From the NCBI GenBank assembly GCA_964106645.2, contig OZ067040.1: a stretch of DNA of 64,000 nucleotides. One strand, written 5' to 3'. The notes beneath the pieces were generated by a model, which ran no database searches, was not told where the DNA came from, and saw only the letters and a program-made list of their open reading frames with translations. This stretch comes from Podarcis pityusensis. Its lineage: Eukaryota. How positions within the stretch are numbered: position 1 is the stretch's first letter; the number at the start of each line of letters is the position of its first letter. Made by a program: the position numbers and the translations under genes. Below are positions 22,721 to 35,828 of this stretch, piece after piece.

Positions 22721-23659
22721 CATGCAGATATGCAGCTTTAATACATTTGTGCAACTTTTACAGTTTTCACTCAAAATAGTTGGGAATTGCCACAGGGAAA
22801 TGTATTGACAATACATTCATTAATTGATCCTCACATGGACCTAGCTAATGCTTTAAGTTAAAAGTTGGAGGACCAACCATAATTAAACTGCTATTAGAGG
22901 GTCCTCAGCAAAAACTTTTAAATAACTCCTCTGGTGAGAATCCCATTTTGGAGACATTTTTAACGAAAAAACAAATGTGTTATTTTAATGCTCATAATGG
23001 TAAGGCTTGACAATTTAGAAGTGTTAATATTCAGTATTTACCTTCAACTGTAGCAAAGGGGTGGAGTTTCTTGCAAGGCTGTTTTGTTTTTGTTCTTATT
23101 ATATAAAAAAAGTATAAAACTGCCTCAGAGATTATTGGGAGAAAGTTAGTTTTAGGAATTGTGAATCAGTAATTTTAATTCTATTTCCTGGTAATAAGAT
23201 GTGTGTCAGTGTTACACATAGCTTATTTGGGTGGTGGCAGGCATCAGTACTATATGCTTACACCCTAGAAGCCAGTGCTGTTCCTTGGAATGAGGAGACT
23301 GCAGATTACAAATTGTGTGTTAGGAAACTGGGGGTGGAGGGAGATAAACAATTGCAGATACTCATGTCTGTTATCTCATTTATTTATTTGTGCTATCTCA
23401 CAAGCATATTTGAATATACTTGGTATCTTACATTGCAATTTAGCTGTCTTTCACTAGTTGTTTATTAACTGGAGTTTGGTTCCTGCAATTGGCATTTCCC
23501 AATGTCTATGTTTCCTTCCAGTATATGAGTTGCCTCTGAATCCATTCAGTTGTAGACTATGTCAAGCATTTAGTTGCATTTTCTTCATTAGATCCATTTT
23601 CTTTATCTCTGTACTTCTGTGGTAGAGCAAGCACAGTGTGCTCAACAACGAGACTGGAT

Positions 23660-23905
23660 GCTATCAGATTGACCTTTCTGGGGTGCAATCCAGGCCATTG
23701 TGTATGGAAGTCCTGGGCTGCCCAGATGACACAACCTGCCTCTTGGCCTCACTCGTGGTCCAAAGGAAAGCAATACATTTGGCACCAGCTTGGAGTTGCT
23801 GGAAGGAGGCATACAAAACACCACCCTCCCACCTTAAGGGCTCTACTTGTGATTTGTGTAGGGTTTACTCCTTAGCCTTTTCTTCCAAAGATGTCCCACA
23901 CAGTA
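23660..23905 (-). mobile_element. Probable RTE-clade LINE 5' region remnant
   Basis: GC-richer block (GTGGTCCAAAGGAAAGC...TTTGGCACCAGCTTGG...TGTGTAGGGTTTACTCCTTAGCC) that resembles lizard RTE 5' sequence as I recall it; no ORF support. Confidence 0.4.
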
Positions 23906-25614
23906 AGCACATAAGAACTCTGTGCCGATCTCCTTTGTTAATTGATTGCACTTTTTGTTGAGATCTGAAGACAGAAAGGCCAAGCTTAATTAAGTTCACA
24001 AGAGATCTAGTCATTTAAAGCTCCATGGCTATGGAAATCATTAGGAATCTAAGAAACTGGGGGATAAAAAAGGTGGAAACATTTAACCCTTGTCTTTTCT
24101 AGAGTGTCATTATACATTTGCTTAAAGGAGCAGACAGATTACATGTCTGTGTTTTGGATTAATGGAAGTTCAGTGCAGAATATTGTTCAGTAGTTGTTTG
24201 AGGCATTTATTTGTTCTGCAAAAACCTTCCTCCCCCCCTTTTTTTTAAAATCTCTGAAGTTTAGTCCACTGAAATCAACATGTTGTAGTAGTGCATGTTA
24301 TACCTCTACATGTAGCAGTGGAAAGTTCATAAAAGATATGTAGAATGCACATTCAGCTATCTTAGTCTGTGAAGCTTAGCCAAGTGCTTAATGCATCAGC
24401 TAGAAACTGTAACAAATCTTCTTGAACAATTCCAAAGGGCCCTAGAGAAATAATTAGATTTTACCAGGTCACAACTGCCACAGAATACTAAAAGGTTTTT
24501 GAAAATGCTACATCAGATTCCCCTTGTGTTGCCTTTACTATTTAGACTCCATAGGTGCCTGCTGTTCATCTGTGTGCTGAAAGGTGGGTTATTTGCCAGA
24601 ACAAGGTGTAGGTTGAGGATATGGCTATTACTAAAACAAAGTGTTATATCACTTGTTCCACTGCATAATGTAGTGTAAGGACAGTGTGTGCTAGAAAAGC
24701 AACAAATTTCTCTATCCAATTAAAAAGTAACAAAAAGGGTTGTGGATAGGATTTTGTTTACTGAACACTGCAGGAGATATTGGTTGCCACAAAAAATGGA
24801 GTTAGTTGTTGTAAGTGACATATATTGATATTTAATGTTAGTAGATAATGATTTCCCTGGTGACAGATTGGTGTATGAATCAGAACTGTTGTTTGATTAG
24901 CCGAATGGATTTCTAACTATAAGACTTCGGTAGTTGTAGTACAACTATTTTTCTTTTGTGATCCAAATGATACTAGTATGTTATCTATAATACACTGTTT
25001 AATAAATAAACAAAGTCAAACCCTGTTTGCCATGACTCCACCATGTTGACATGGGGTGGGGGGTCATATGTATCATGAAGAAAATTCATGATGCTTTCTG
25101 TCAGTCTTCTACTACTCCATACTACAGGTAGTCCTTAACCATGATATGGTGTAAAGTACCATGTAATTTAGTGAAAATCTGTGGTTTTATTCTTATAATT
25201 TTTTTTGGGGGGGGGGTCAAATCTATACCTGTTGGGATAAGAACAAAAAAATGATATATGTAATGTGATAGGCGTTAAATTGAACCTGCCTAATGCTGTT
25301 AAAATATCATGTCTAGAAGTGCTTTTGATGCACCCATGAGAAAGGAATATAGAGGGTGAAAAAGCAATAGTTCATCTGTTTTCATAAAACACAAATTATT
25401 TATTTCCGTAACTTGACTGCATTCTTCTTTCTTCAATTCATAATGATACAGCAATCGCATCTCAAATCAGAAATCCAATCCAGAGATCATTCTTTATTAT
25501 AATAATACTAATGGTGGTATAGACACCCACGATCAGATGGGATCAGATGGAAGTTATTTATGAAGTGACCATGGATGTAATTAGGCCAACTTCAACCATG
25601 CCCATATACTGGAC

Positions 25615-25749
25615 CAGGCATCCCCAAACTCGGCCCTCCAGATGTTTTGGGACTACAATTCCCATCATCCCTGACCACTGGTCCTGTTAGCTATGGATGA
25701 TGGGAGTTGTAGTCCCAAAACATCTGGAGGCCGAGTTTGGGGGTGCCTG
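25615..25749. mobile_element. Palindromic hAT MITE, same family
   Basis: TIRs CAGGCATCCCCAAACTCGGCC / GGCCGAGTTTGGGGGTGCCTG and a perfect 8-bp TSD TACTGGAC. Confidence 0.9.
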
Positions 25750-26107
25750 TACTGGACCATCACCACCAAAAAAAGGTTGTACTGGAATGGTTGAAGTTAC
25801 CCCTGCACCAATGGAATATTTATTTTATTTATATTCCACATTTCCTCAAAGGAGCTTGTGGTGATGTACCCGGTTCACCCAAGTGAGGATCTGAACCCTT
25901 TTTTCTCCCAGGTCTTAGTCCAACAATCTTAACTGCTACAGCACATGTTAATGTATAAGGATTTATGCATGCAGAGAAAAAGGACAAGAAAGGGTTAATT
26001 TCAATGTGCTGTTTAATTTGGGTGTGTTTGGTCCTGCAACTGCAGCTTGTTAAATATGTGAGAATGACTCAGCACAAGCTACAGGTTTTTTAAAGGTTCA
26101 GATTATG

Positions 26108-26337
26108 TATTTATTTCATTTATATCCCACCTTTTCTCCAGGGAACTTAAGGTGGCATACATGCTTCTCTCCCTGTCCCCCATTTGATCCCACAACAACC
26201 CTGTGAGCTAGGTAGGGCTGAGAGGCAATGACTGGCCCAAGGTCACCCAATGAGCTTCATGGCCAAGTGGGAATTTGAACCCTGGTCTCCCAAGTCCTAG
26301 TCCAGCACTCTTAACCACAATAGTACACTGGCTCTCA
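26108..26337 (-). mobile_element. tRNA-derived SINE (Squam3-like)
   Basis: B-box complement GGAATTTGAACC, core TGGCCCAAGGTCACCCA and an AT-rich tail. A truncated relative lies at about 25817-25945. Confidence 0.75.
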
Positions 26338-29300
26338 GTATAAATTCTGTTGCATTTAAGGCAAGTTTGCTCTTGGCTCCCGCCCTTGGCCAGAGCATAA
26401 TCTATGCTGCTGGGAAGACTGTATCTACAGCTGTATGTAACTGAAACTGTATTATACTGTCAGTAAAGCAACTGACTCTTCCTATAATGGGTGTTTCTCT
26501 GTTATTTTGGCACACTCCGCTGGCATTAGGATGGGCACTCTGCGCATGCCCCAACACTAAAGCACACCAATACAGTTTTACTTCCATGTCACCTTCCTGT
26601 ATATTTTTTAGTTTTATTGGGCTACGGCTCCAAATTTATGTACACTTATTAATCCAGAATAGGGTGGTTTTTTCCCTCATCAGAGATTGTTCTTCTTACT
26701 TCAGATGACACCAAACCTTCTGAAGTACAGAGCCTTATGCCAGGTAAGGCCACATGATAGAATTGCAACATCTGTTTCAGTCTTTTAAAGGTCAAGTGAG
26801 GCAGCCAAGATTGAGCACTTAGTGTACCACTGGAAAGAGTTTTGCAACACTGTCATGGCTGTGCATGCAACTCCTCCAGTCTGAACCATCATAGCATTGT
26901 TGCATCCATTACTCTGATTGCAGTTCGGCATTCTTTTTCCCTGATAAAAAAAGGAACACTGCCACTTTAACATGGAAGCTTTGCCTGTTCTTCAAAGGCT
27001 TGGAGATTTAGGTGTGTTGGACTGCTTCTTCTGGTCTAGGAAAAGAACCTTTTGAAAGGGCAGGGAACAGTAAATGTGACAAATGTGTCTACACATCTAC
27101 AATCAATAGCTTCTTTGTCAGGGAAGCAAATCAGCATTCAGTTTGCATCCATATAACAATATTTTATTTAACAAAATTTATATGCTGCTTGTTTGTAAGA
27201 GAATAATTGTTTACGTTTTCTGTGCATTATATCAGCTGCTGAATTGGGAACTATGATATAAGTAGGATGTTGCAAATATGTGTGGGAATGCACATCTTAC
27301 TGGGGTGCTCTCTATCTGCATTGCATTCAGCCAGTGCACATTGAAATATGCATCTCTATTCATATCTTGCATGAAATAGCCATGCATAAGCTACATTGTA
27401 AAGTAAGGTTGGAACATCTGTGCTTTGATTTCTCAATACACTTAGAGGAGTGGGAAAATAATAGCTTGTCTATCTTGATTTAATTATTTTATTTATTTAT
27501 TTTCCATTGGCCAAAGAAAGCAAACAAAAAACAGAAAGCAACTTAAAACCAAAACATCTTCAGATCTAGTCAGTCCTGTTTCTGGATTTTTGGATAGAGT
27601 GAAGCTGAGGATCCCTTTTTAGTTTATGAGTCGTCTATGTTTTACTCATGGAGTATGTTTTACATGCCCCTGTCAAGTCAATTAATATGAGGAGGTGGGA
27701 TCCCTTTTACTTCCAGTGTGCATCACACCACTTCTTTGATCACTCAGACCTCCCTCCCCACTGCTCCCCCTGAAAACTCTTTCTTTGATCTTGACATTTC
27801 TCTCTTATTTCTGTGAATTAGCACCTTCCAAGTATGCAAAGACTACTAGTCTTGATTCTCTACAAAACACTGTTTTGGGGAAAAACAAAACATGATTCTA
27901 TTATGTCAAATGACCATAGAGTAGTTGCTCCTTGAGGGAAAAGTTCTCCTTGTATGTAATAAAATGGTTACACTTTACAATACAAGATACCCAAACAAGT
28001 CAAAGAGCTGTGCTGAGGATTTGATAGAGAAAGAGGATGAGAAAGTCTTCAGATCATTAATCCTCAATGACTAACAGTTTCTCGGCAATAGGACTTTATT
28101 TTCCATTAGGTAAGATGGTGGCAAATAAACAAACTTTTTGCATTTAAAAAAAAAAATCTGAACTGGAGGAGGGCTTCTAATCAAGAGCCAAGTGTTAACT
28201 TCACCTTTGAGATTTTAGCACTTGAAAATCAAGAGGATCTAGCAGCTTTTCAAAATACCAAACACTTTCCAAACCGAGGGATGCATCTGATCTTGCTTTC
28301 TATGCATAAAAATTTTAATGTTAGATGAGTTGCATCTATTTTCCATGGAAAGATCCACTTTTCTATATCAGCTTCTGCATTTGCTATAGAAAATAGACAT
28401 AGGTGAGCTTATGTGAACTCTCACCCTTCACCACCTGCTGTTGCTAGGTGTACTGAAAGGATGTTAATTCCATGTAGAAAAAATGGTTATGTATGGAATC
28501 TCTGACCAAGAGTCAAGTGAATGCAGTGCCACTCAATGGAGGCAAGCTTCTGCATTGTAGAAAAATATGTACTTATTGTTTACATATCAGTAGCGGTGAT
28601 GAAAATTCAAATTGTTTTTTTGTTGGGTACAGCCCTGTAAGGGCATTTATTTAGAACGTACGTAGGCCACCTTTAGGAGTTAAAACACCATGAAGGCATA
28701 TTTCATGATGAAATATTAAGATATATCATAATACAACCCAAGTTATCCATGCACTAATAAAGCCAGCTGTAGCAAAACAAAATTTCCCATTGGCTTGACT
28801 AGCAAGGCCAGTCTAAAATTACAAACCTTGGTCAAAATGTTGGTGTTGCTTGGGCTCTTCTTAGGCAAACAAGAAAACAAGCTAGACAGGTATTCAAAGA
28901 ATTTTGTCTTCTAATAAATCAAAGGCTGCTTGCCATTATCAGTGATTCTCTTAGACAGAATAGGTTGTTCTGATTAAATTTGGCACTGTCTATATTCCTA
29001 ATTAGATTAGCATTTTATAATAAATTCTAAAGATTGATACTTTCACAATATTAAATGCCCTTGTAATACTGCTGCTTTTTTCTTCTTCTTTAATTATTAC
29101 CAAATAATTACTATTTTAGTGTCCACCTCCTGGCAGAGAACATAATTAAATAAGGAAGCCAAGCTTTGGGCTTTGGTTTTGCAAAACAATTGCCTAAAAT
29201 TTGACCATGCCACAATACCTTCAAACTGTTTACTTAAATAAATAAACAAAAGGCAGTAATGGATCCTGTTCAGTCAAAAACATACACCTGCCAAGTGTAC

Positions 29301-30087
29301 TAGATACTGGAAAACACATACAGCCCTTAAAAGTAGAATGCTTGAACAGATTGTTATAATTCTATAAGTAGTATTAATCTTTAGGTGTGACCATATCTAA
29401 AGGGATAACTACAAGTGTTTTTACTCTTGTTTGCACTGTATGTGGGTGTGTGATTGTGATATAAATATAGCCTGTCATATTTCATACTGTAATATGTGTT
29501 TGAGAAAACGACACAGAACCAACTTGTAACTATTGCTTTATTTTTTGTGAGCTTGTTGTGTCTTGTGGCTAAATCCAAGCATATAGTAAACTTACTCTTT
29601 GGGATCTGAATAACCCACAGTTGACATCTTGTGTATCACTGCCCTGTGTGTGCATTTTTAGAAACAGAAAAGCCCCTGGAGTACTTTTACTCTTCAGTTA
29701 TTGTATGAAACTGTTTTTCTGTGGAAAGATTTTTAAAAAATGGATCACCTGGCAAAGACCAAGTTGTCTCCCTGAGTAACAGACTGTGACAATACATGTC
29801 AGAGATTCCTGCTGCTTTGAAGACTGTGTTTATTTTTGCTTTGAATATGCCTGGCACTCCAGAAAGCAACTGTGAAAGCAGCAGTGCCTGCTGGTATAGC
29901 TACGGCCTTCCTACTGCTATTTCTTAGTAGGTTGCCTTAGAAATCAAAAGAACATCTATATGCAGTACTGTCGTAGGTATATCTGAATAATTGATTTAGA
30001 AAGTTATCTCATTTCCTACCATACTCTCACTAATTAGATGGAATAGTGGTGCACCTTATTTTGACATACCTTTCGATTAATTTAGAG

Positions 30088-30231
30088 AAGGTGTGGGGAA
30101 ACCGTTGCCCCCCCTCTGAGTTTTTGCTGAAGTGCAGTTCCCATCAGCTCCAGCAAGTATATTCAATGGCCAGGAAGGATGGGAGTTATAGTTCAGCAAG
30201 ATCTAGAGAGCCAAAGGTTCCTTCACACCTG
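30088..30231. mobile_element. Old degenerate palindromic hAT MITE
   Basis: Arms TTGCTGAAGTGCAGTTCCCATC ... GATGGGAGTTATAGTTCAGCAAG. Confidence 0.6.
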
Positions 30232-30453
30232 ATTCAAAGGTCTGCAGTGCAAAAATGTTCAGTTGTCTTTCTGTAATACTTCTTTGCATTTTGTACCTTC
30301 CATAAGAGTTTTTGCCTTCCATGTTGCCTTTTGTTAATTATACTTTCTACACCTAATGTGCTAGTTTGCTCATGATTGTTGTCTCTTCCTGACCAACCCA
30401 GCTTAAAGCTGCTTCACATGCAATTGTTTCCTCCATCAAGGAAAATTGTAATA

Positions 30454-30695
30454 CAGTGGTACCTCGGGTTAAGAACTTAATTCGTTCCGGAGGTCCATTC
30501 TTAACCTGAAACTGTTTTTAACCTGAAGCACCACTATAGCTAATGGGGACTCCCGCTGCTGCTGTGCTGCTGCTGCGCGATTTCTGTTCTCATCCTGAAG
30601 CAAAGTTCTTAACCTGAGGTATTATTTCTGGGTTAGCGGAATCTGTAACCTGAAGCATCTGTAACCTGAAGCATATGTAACCCGAGGTACCACTG
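30454..30695 (-). mobile_element. Tigger-like MITE, copy 2
   Basis: Same TIRs (CAGTGGTACCTCGGGTTA) and TA TSD; reverse orientation relative to copy 1. Confidence 0.9.
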
Positions 30696-31025
30696 TATTG
30701 TGGGGTCACGTCATTTAACTTAAGTGAATTCAACTATATAAGCCCAGGGGAAAAAATACTCCACATCAGGATATCTGCTGCTGCAGTTCCTGCAAAAGCA
30801 GTGACGAATCCTTTTGTTTTCCTTGTTCCTCCTTTTCTCTGCTAGGATTCCATCCTTTGTTTTAAGGATCTGTTAAAGCATTTCTCTTCAGCCTTGTCAG
30901 GACATGACCACCTTAGTTTCTCTGTGCCTGCCCCCATCACCTTCCTTGCTTTCCTGGATTCTTTCCCCTTGGAGGAAAGCACTTTCTATCAGTCAGGGAG
31001 GAGACCTTCAGGCCACCCACTAGTG

Positions 31026-31056
31026 TGTTGTTGTTGTTGCTGCTGCTGCTGCTGTT
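31026..31056. repeat. (TGT)n(TGC)n trinucleotide repeat
   Basis: Seen directly. Confidence 0.9.
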
Positions 31057-32001
31057 GGGTGCTTTTACCTTCTCTGCTTGGAAAATGTTCCTCTACATCT
31101 ACATTTCTCTACATCTATCTACATTTTCTAAAAACTGTCTTGCATTGAGCATGTCAGGACCCGTGTTCTTCATATTTAATTTCATTTTGTGGATCAACGA
31201 GCTCTCCAACTATTTGCAAAACAGAACTGTTTAGATAATGGACTATGGCAGTCCTGATGTAATGGTTTTAGCTTCTGCTTGCTCTCATGTTCACATTTTG
31301 AATAGCATCATTTTAATATTACCCCTGCTTTCTTCCAGCTGCAAGAGAACTAGGTTTTAATTTGTCGTTGTTTAAGTGTGAGATTCACTACTTGGAACTA
31401 TCTGACAGTTCTAAAGAATGATCAGCTAAAGCAGTAGCTGTGAGAGGGCGAATAGCTGGAAGGGAGAGGGATTATTTCTCCCATATTGGGATTAAATCTT
31501 AGAGGGGAGCAGAGAAAGGGGAGGTTATTTATCCGTGCATGAGCAGAGAGACTTCATTATCCAGAGAAGTCCATGCCTCAGCATGACTGTCTTGGTGTGT
31601 GTGCATGTGTGCATTCCCTTATCCTTCCCCAGATTCCAGTTAGTATTGACCAGAATCAAGGATTGATGTTCTTTTTTCATAGTATTGAGACCCTGATTTG
31701 TGGTTGCTGCTGCTTTTTGATTGCTATTATTAAACATAGTTACTGAATATAGCAAGGGACTAGCAAGAGATGTGGCTGAGTCCTCTGCATTGTGTGTTTT
31801 GCAGTCCTTGTTCACGTTGGCTACATGTCTAGAGTAGGGATACCAGCTGGTGGTCTATGGTTCAGATATAATTTCTGGAGCAGCTGCTCCTGAAAGCTCT
31901 ATCAAATTTAACAAGAGTTAAAAAAGAATTGGGAGGTGGGAGGAAGTAAGATATATGTGAGACCCTTCAAACCCCCAGATCCAGCAAGTGCTAGCTTCCT
32001 G

Positions 32002-32409
32002 TGTTGAGGTGATGGGTCATTAATAGAAACAAAGGTAAGAGGCTCTGTGTGAGACTGCAAATGGGTGGAGCCATTCCCTTAGCTCTTGCTAATTAGAAGG
32101 ACGAAGCCAGAGTTTGGAGTTGAGTTGCAGTGATATGAGCTGGAAGTAAAGCAGCAAGTTGGAGAGAGCATCAGAGCAACATTTAAGAACAATGTTTGAT
32201 TTCTGTCTGAATCTAAGGCTGCGGCTTTTGGGGTGTTGAAGCTGTGAATCCCTCCATCACAGGTTGTATATATGTGTAAATAAACCATATATCATAAAGG
32301 CACCACAGTCTCTGCTGTGCCTCATTCCCAAAAAGAAACATGAACCCTGGGTAAGGGTCTGGAACTCCTGGAATGTCACACTGCTCGGATATTGGGTTGG
32401 TGTCCAACA
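32002..32409 (+). mobile_element. Possible solo LTR
   Basis: TGTTG...CAACA termini and internal TGTATATATGTGTAAATAAACC (TATA/polyA-like); no convincing TSD. Confidence 0.45.
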
Positions 32410-33897
32410 ATAGTATGTTAAAATGTGTGCACAGTTTCATTAGCAATGTAAAGAAAAACTTTAAGAAACAGAGTGGTTGGACACTAACTTTAACAGTTCT
32501 CTGCTGGACTTGGATACTAATATACAAATTTGTGTATGTCTGAATGTGAAGCCCTTACTGGAAGGCACCACTTTTGTTATGGAGCACAGTGTAGCACAAT
32601 ACATTTCCTTCCTTGCCAGTCACTGTCTCAAAAATAGAATGGCCCTAAATACTTTTAAAAATAACTTTCCCTAACCTTTTATATCTTTCCAGTGCTTTCC
32701 TTTTCTTTCTGTTTGATCCAGGTTTAGATCAGAACTGCTAATGTCCTTTGCATAGCAATATATTTCCTTTTCATTACAAGGAAAACAAGGGACTTTATTT
32801 ATTTATTTTGAAGACTGTAAACTGAATCACAGTTCAGTTGGGTGAGAAAATTATGCATGATTCAAGTTTATAGTGCTTAAAACCTGAAAGCGAGAAGCAA
32901 CTATAGGTGCTAATGCCAGACTGTAGAATCAGTTTACTGATGGGCTCATCAATTGGGTGTTGTTTGTCCTTCAAGCAAGCATGAAGCAGCCTCTGAGGGA
33001 ACTTGCCCCGTTTAGTTTTTATTATTGTTTCCTTAGCCCCTGTTTTGAGAAGAAGGATTGTTCTCAAAATTTTGGGGTGGAGTCTTAGGGTAGGTTTTGT
33101 GCAGTTGACCCAAGGCCTTTCCCTTCCACAATTTGAGCTGTGGTCTGGAACAGATCATGTTGCATTTAATTGATAAAAATATTCCACTTAGGGTTGACAC
33201 TAGTACTGCTTGTCCTTTTCTATCAGACAATACAAGTATTAACTAACAGCCCTGTAATCAGTGAGAATCCTTTTGAAATGCATTGAGTTTTGGTTATATA
33301 ATGAATTAAAGATTGGAATATTACTTAACCACACTTAACTCTAAAATCCAGATGGCTCTGGTGAATTTAGAATATGTAAAAGCATTTGAAGGACTTGATA
33401 TGTGTAAATAAAATAGTCCATAATTTGCGAGACAAGGTGGAAGAAGAAAGCATATGCAGCTGGTCTCTTAGAAGTGGAAACTCTTTAAGTTTAAAGTTTG
33501 GCGTGTCAGCAAAGTAAGACCTATAAATCAGCCAGAGTAATGGAGGTGTCATGTGGTCCTGGACACTTACTCCATTGAGGAAATGTGCTTCTACATTGTG
33601 TGACTGAATGTGCTGCTAGTGGCAAGAGTGGTAAAGGGAGAAAATGGACAATGAAAAAGAATGGCTTAGTTAGCATGTGGTTTGAAAAAGAGATAGCTTT
33701 TTCATTTATTTAAAAGCTGTACCTTTCAGGGCCCCCACCCCCTTGCAGCTTACAAAGCACAATTAAAAACCAACACATTTGGGGGTAAGAAAATCTAATA
33801 AAAGACTAAAGCTGGAGCAAGAAAAAGTCCTTTAAAGCCTACCTCATAATAGTCAAAATAAAATGCAGAAACAAAAAATATTTTAAAGATCTGTTTC

Positions 33898-33899
33898 AA

Positions 33900-33935
<36 letters not shown>

Positions 33936-33936
33936 A
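33898..33936. repeat. (AAAG)n microsatellite
   Basis: Seen directly. Confidence 0.95.
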
Positions 33937-34861
33937 CCCCACCCTGACAAAGATGGGATCATATATATTTATTTGGGGAAAGTCTGCCAAAGATATCAGG
34001 CTACCACTGTAAAGGCTCTGCTTTCAGAATCTAGATAGGCAGTGCTATGTTCAATCTTACCTAGTTTGGAACCAAGTGAGGGTAGGATCGATGTATCGTG
34101 TCTTGAATGCAAATGCAGACATACTTCACATATGTTAAGGTGCTGCCACAACCTACTATTTTATATGTTGATGAAACTCACTTTGAACAGATTGTCAGAA
34201 CAATTACATTTTTCTAGCATAACGTAAAGTACGAATACAAAGTACAAATACTTTCTTGGCTTTTGAAATAGTGCGTTTACCACTAGTTGAGTAAATACTT
34301 CAGTAATGTATAAATTGTGGGAGGGGACTCAAACAGTCATCCTTGGATACAAATAGGAGACCTGGTTAACATGGCAATAGGTCAGGCAGCTGACTCTGGA
34401 GCTCTGCAGATAACACAATTTTAATTGTGTTTTAACTTATTTTAAACTAGATACAAATGGGATGTTAGAGCACAGTTTCTTCTGCAAGTGAGCATGGCTT
34501 TGTGAGAGCCAAAACAGAGGTGGCATTAATTGCCTAATTAACAAGTGTGTGAATGTTTGTTTGTTTTTAAATAGTGTGTGCGGGAGGTTGAATCTGGGTT
34601 GAGACCATGCTGGCCAGGGGGAGATGAGTGCTTTATCTTTCCCCAATATGTGGTCTTGATCAGGATCAAGCTCTATATGTCTGCTATTTCCATCATGAAG
34701 AAAGCTCCTATTCATGAATTTAGCAGTGTAGTAGGAGATGGCATAATACAAAACAGACTTCTAGTCAAATTCTAGAACAGGGAGCCCCCTTTGGTTTGTG
34801 CAATAGTAAGGGGTATTCATGGGTTTACCACCACTAAATCTTGATGTTCCACTTGGCTATG

Positions 34862-34950
34862 AGAACTACATAACAAGAACCATAAAGAGGGCCTTGCTGG
34901 ATCAGACCAAAAGTCCACCCAGCATCCTTGTTCAAACAGTGGCTAATGAG
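34862..34950 (-). mobile_element. Old CR1-type 3' end remnant
   Basis: CTGGATCAGACCAAAAGTCCA...CCAGCATCC motif preceded by an AAGAAC tail. Confidence 0.5.
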
Positions 34951-35158
34951 ACTTTTGGAATCAGGTTTTTGCTCCTAAAATGATGACCTCCCATGCTTTA
35001 TGTGAAGGGTCACAATTCTCAATGGTTAGAAAACTGTTCACTCACCCTATAGTGCAAAACAGATGCTAGCCTCAATTTGATATATCATGGGCACAGTGGC
35101 TGCATGTTCAGGGGTGTGTGGGGGTAATGGGAGTTAATGGGGAGTACATCACAGCAGG

Positions 35159-35498
35159 GGGACGCGGGGCCTAGGGCTTGCCTATCAGAAGGTTGGCGGT
35201 TCAAATCCCCGTGATGGGGTGAGCTCCTGTTGTTCAGTCCCAGCTCCTGCCCACCTAGCAGTTTGAAAGCATGTCAAAGTGCAAGTAGATAAATATGTAC
35301 TTCTCTGGCGGGAAGGTAAACGGCGTTTCTGTGCACTGCTCTGGTTAGCCAGAAGTGGCTTAGTCATGCTGGCCACATGACCCGGAAGCTGTCTGTGGAC
35401 AAACGCCGGCTACCTCGGCCTATAGAGCGAGATGAGTGCGCAACCCCAGAGTCGTCCACGACTGGACCTAACAGTCAGGGGTACCTTTAGCTTTACTT
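35159..35498 (+). mobile_element. Sauria SINE with an internal deletion in the tRNA-like head
   Basis: Same family; TSD TACATCACAGCAGG (35145-35158) / TACATCACATCAGG (35499-35512). Confidence 0.9.
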
Positions 35499-35704
35499 TA
35501 CATCACATCAGGAGGTTACAGTAATGGGCCACCTCTATGTGTCTTCCATTTCATCCAGGAATGCGGGCTCCAAGCTCAAGCATTTTAGCAGTGGGGAGTG
35601 CTAGATGGGGATATGGTCAGCAGGAGAAGGCTGTGAATTCCCTGTAATTACCTTGCATGAATGCCCCAGGAATGGTGAGGGAACAAGGCATAAGCAGACA
35701 GTGT

Positions 35705-35828
35705 CATATGGAGAAACTGGGGGTCTCCAGATGTTGGATTCCAACCTCCTTAGACTCCACCATCATGGCCGCATTGTGAAGGATGAGAAGAGTCGTAGTC
35801 CAACAACATCTCGAAGCCATGCAATTCC
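35705..35828. mobile_element. Old degenerate palindromic hAT MITE
   Basis: Arms CTCCAGATGTTGGA ... GTAGTCCAACAACATCT. Confidence 0.5.

Noticed and set aside
30894-31234. Poly-Cys and poly-Leu ORFs
   Set aside because: They are translations of a trinucleotide microsatellite.
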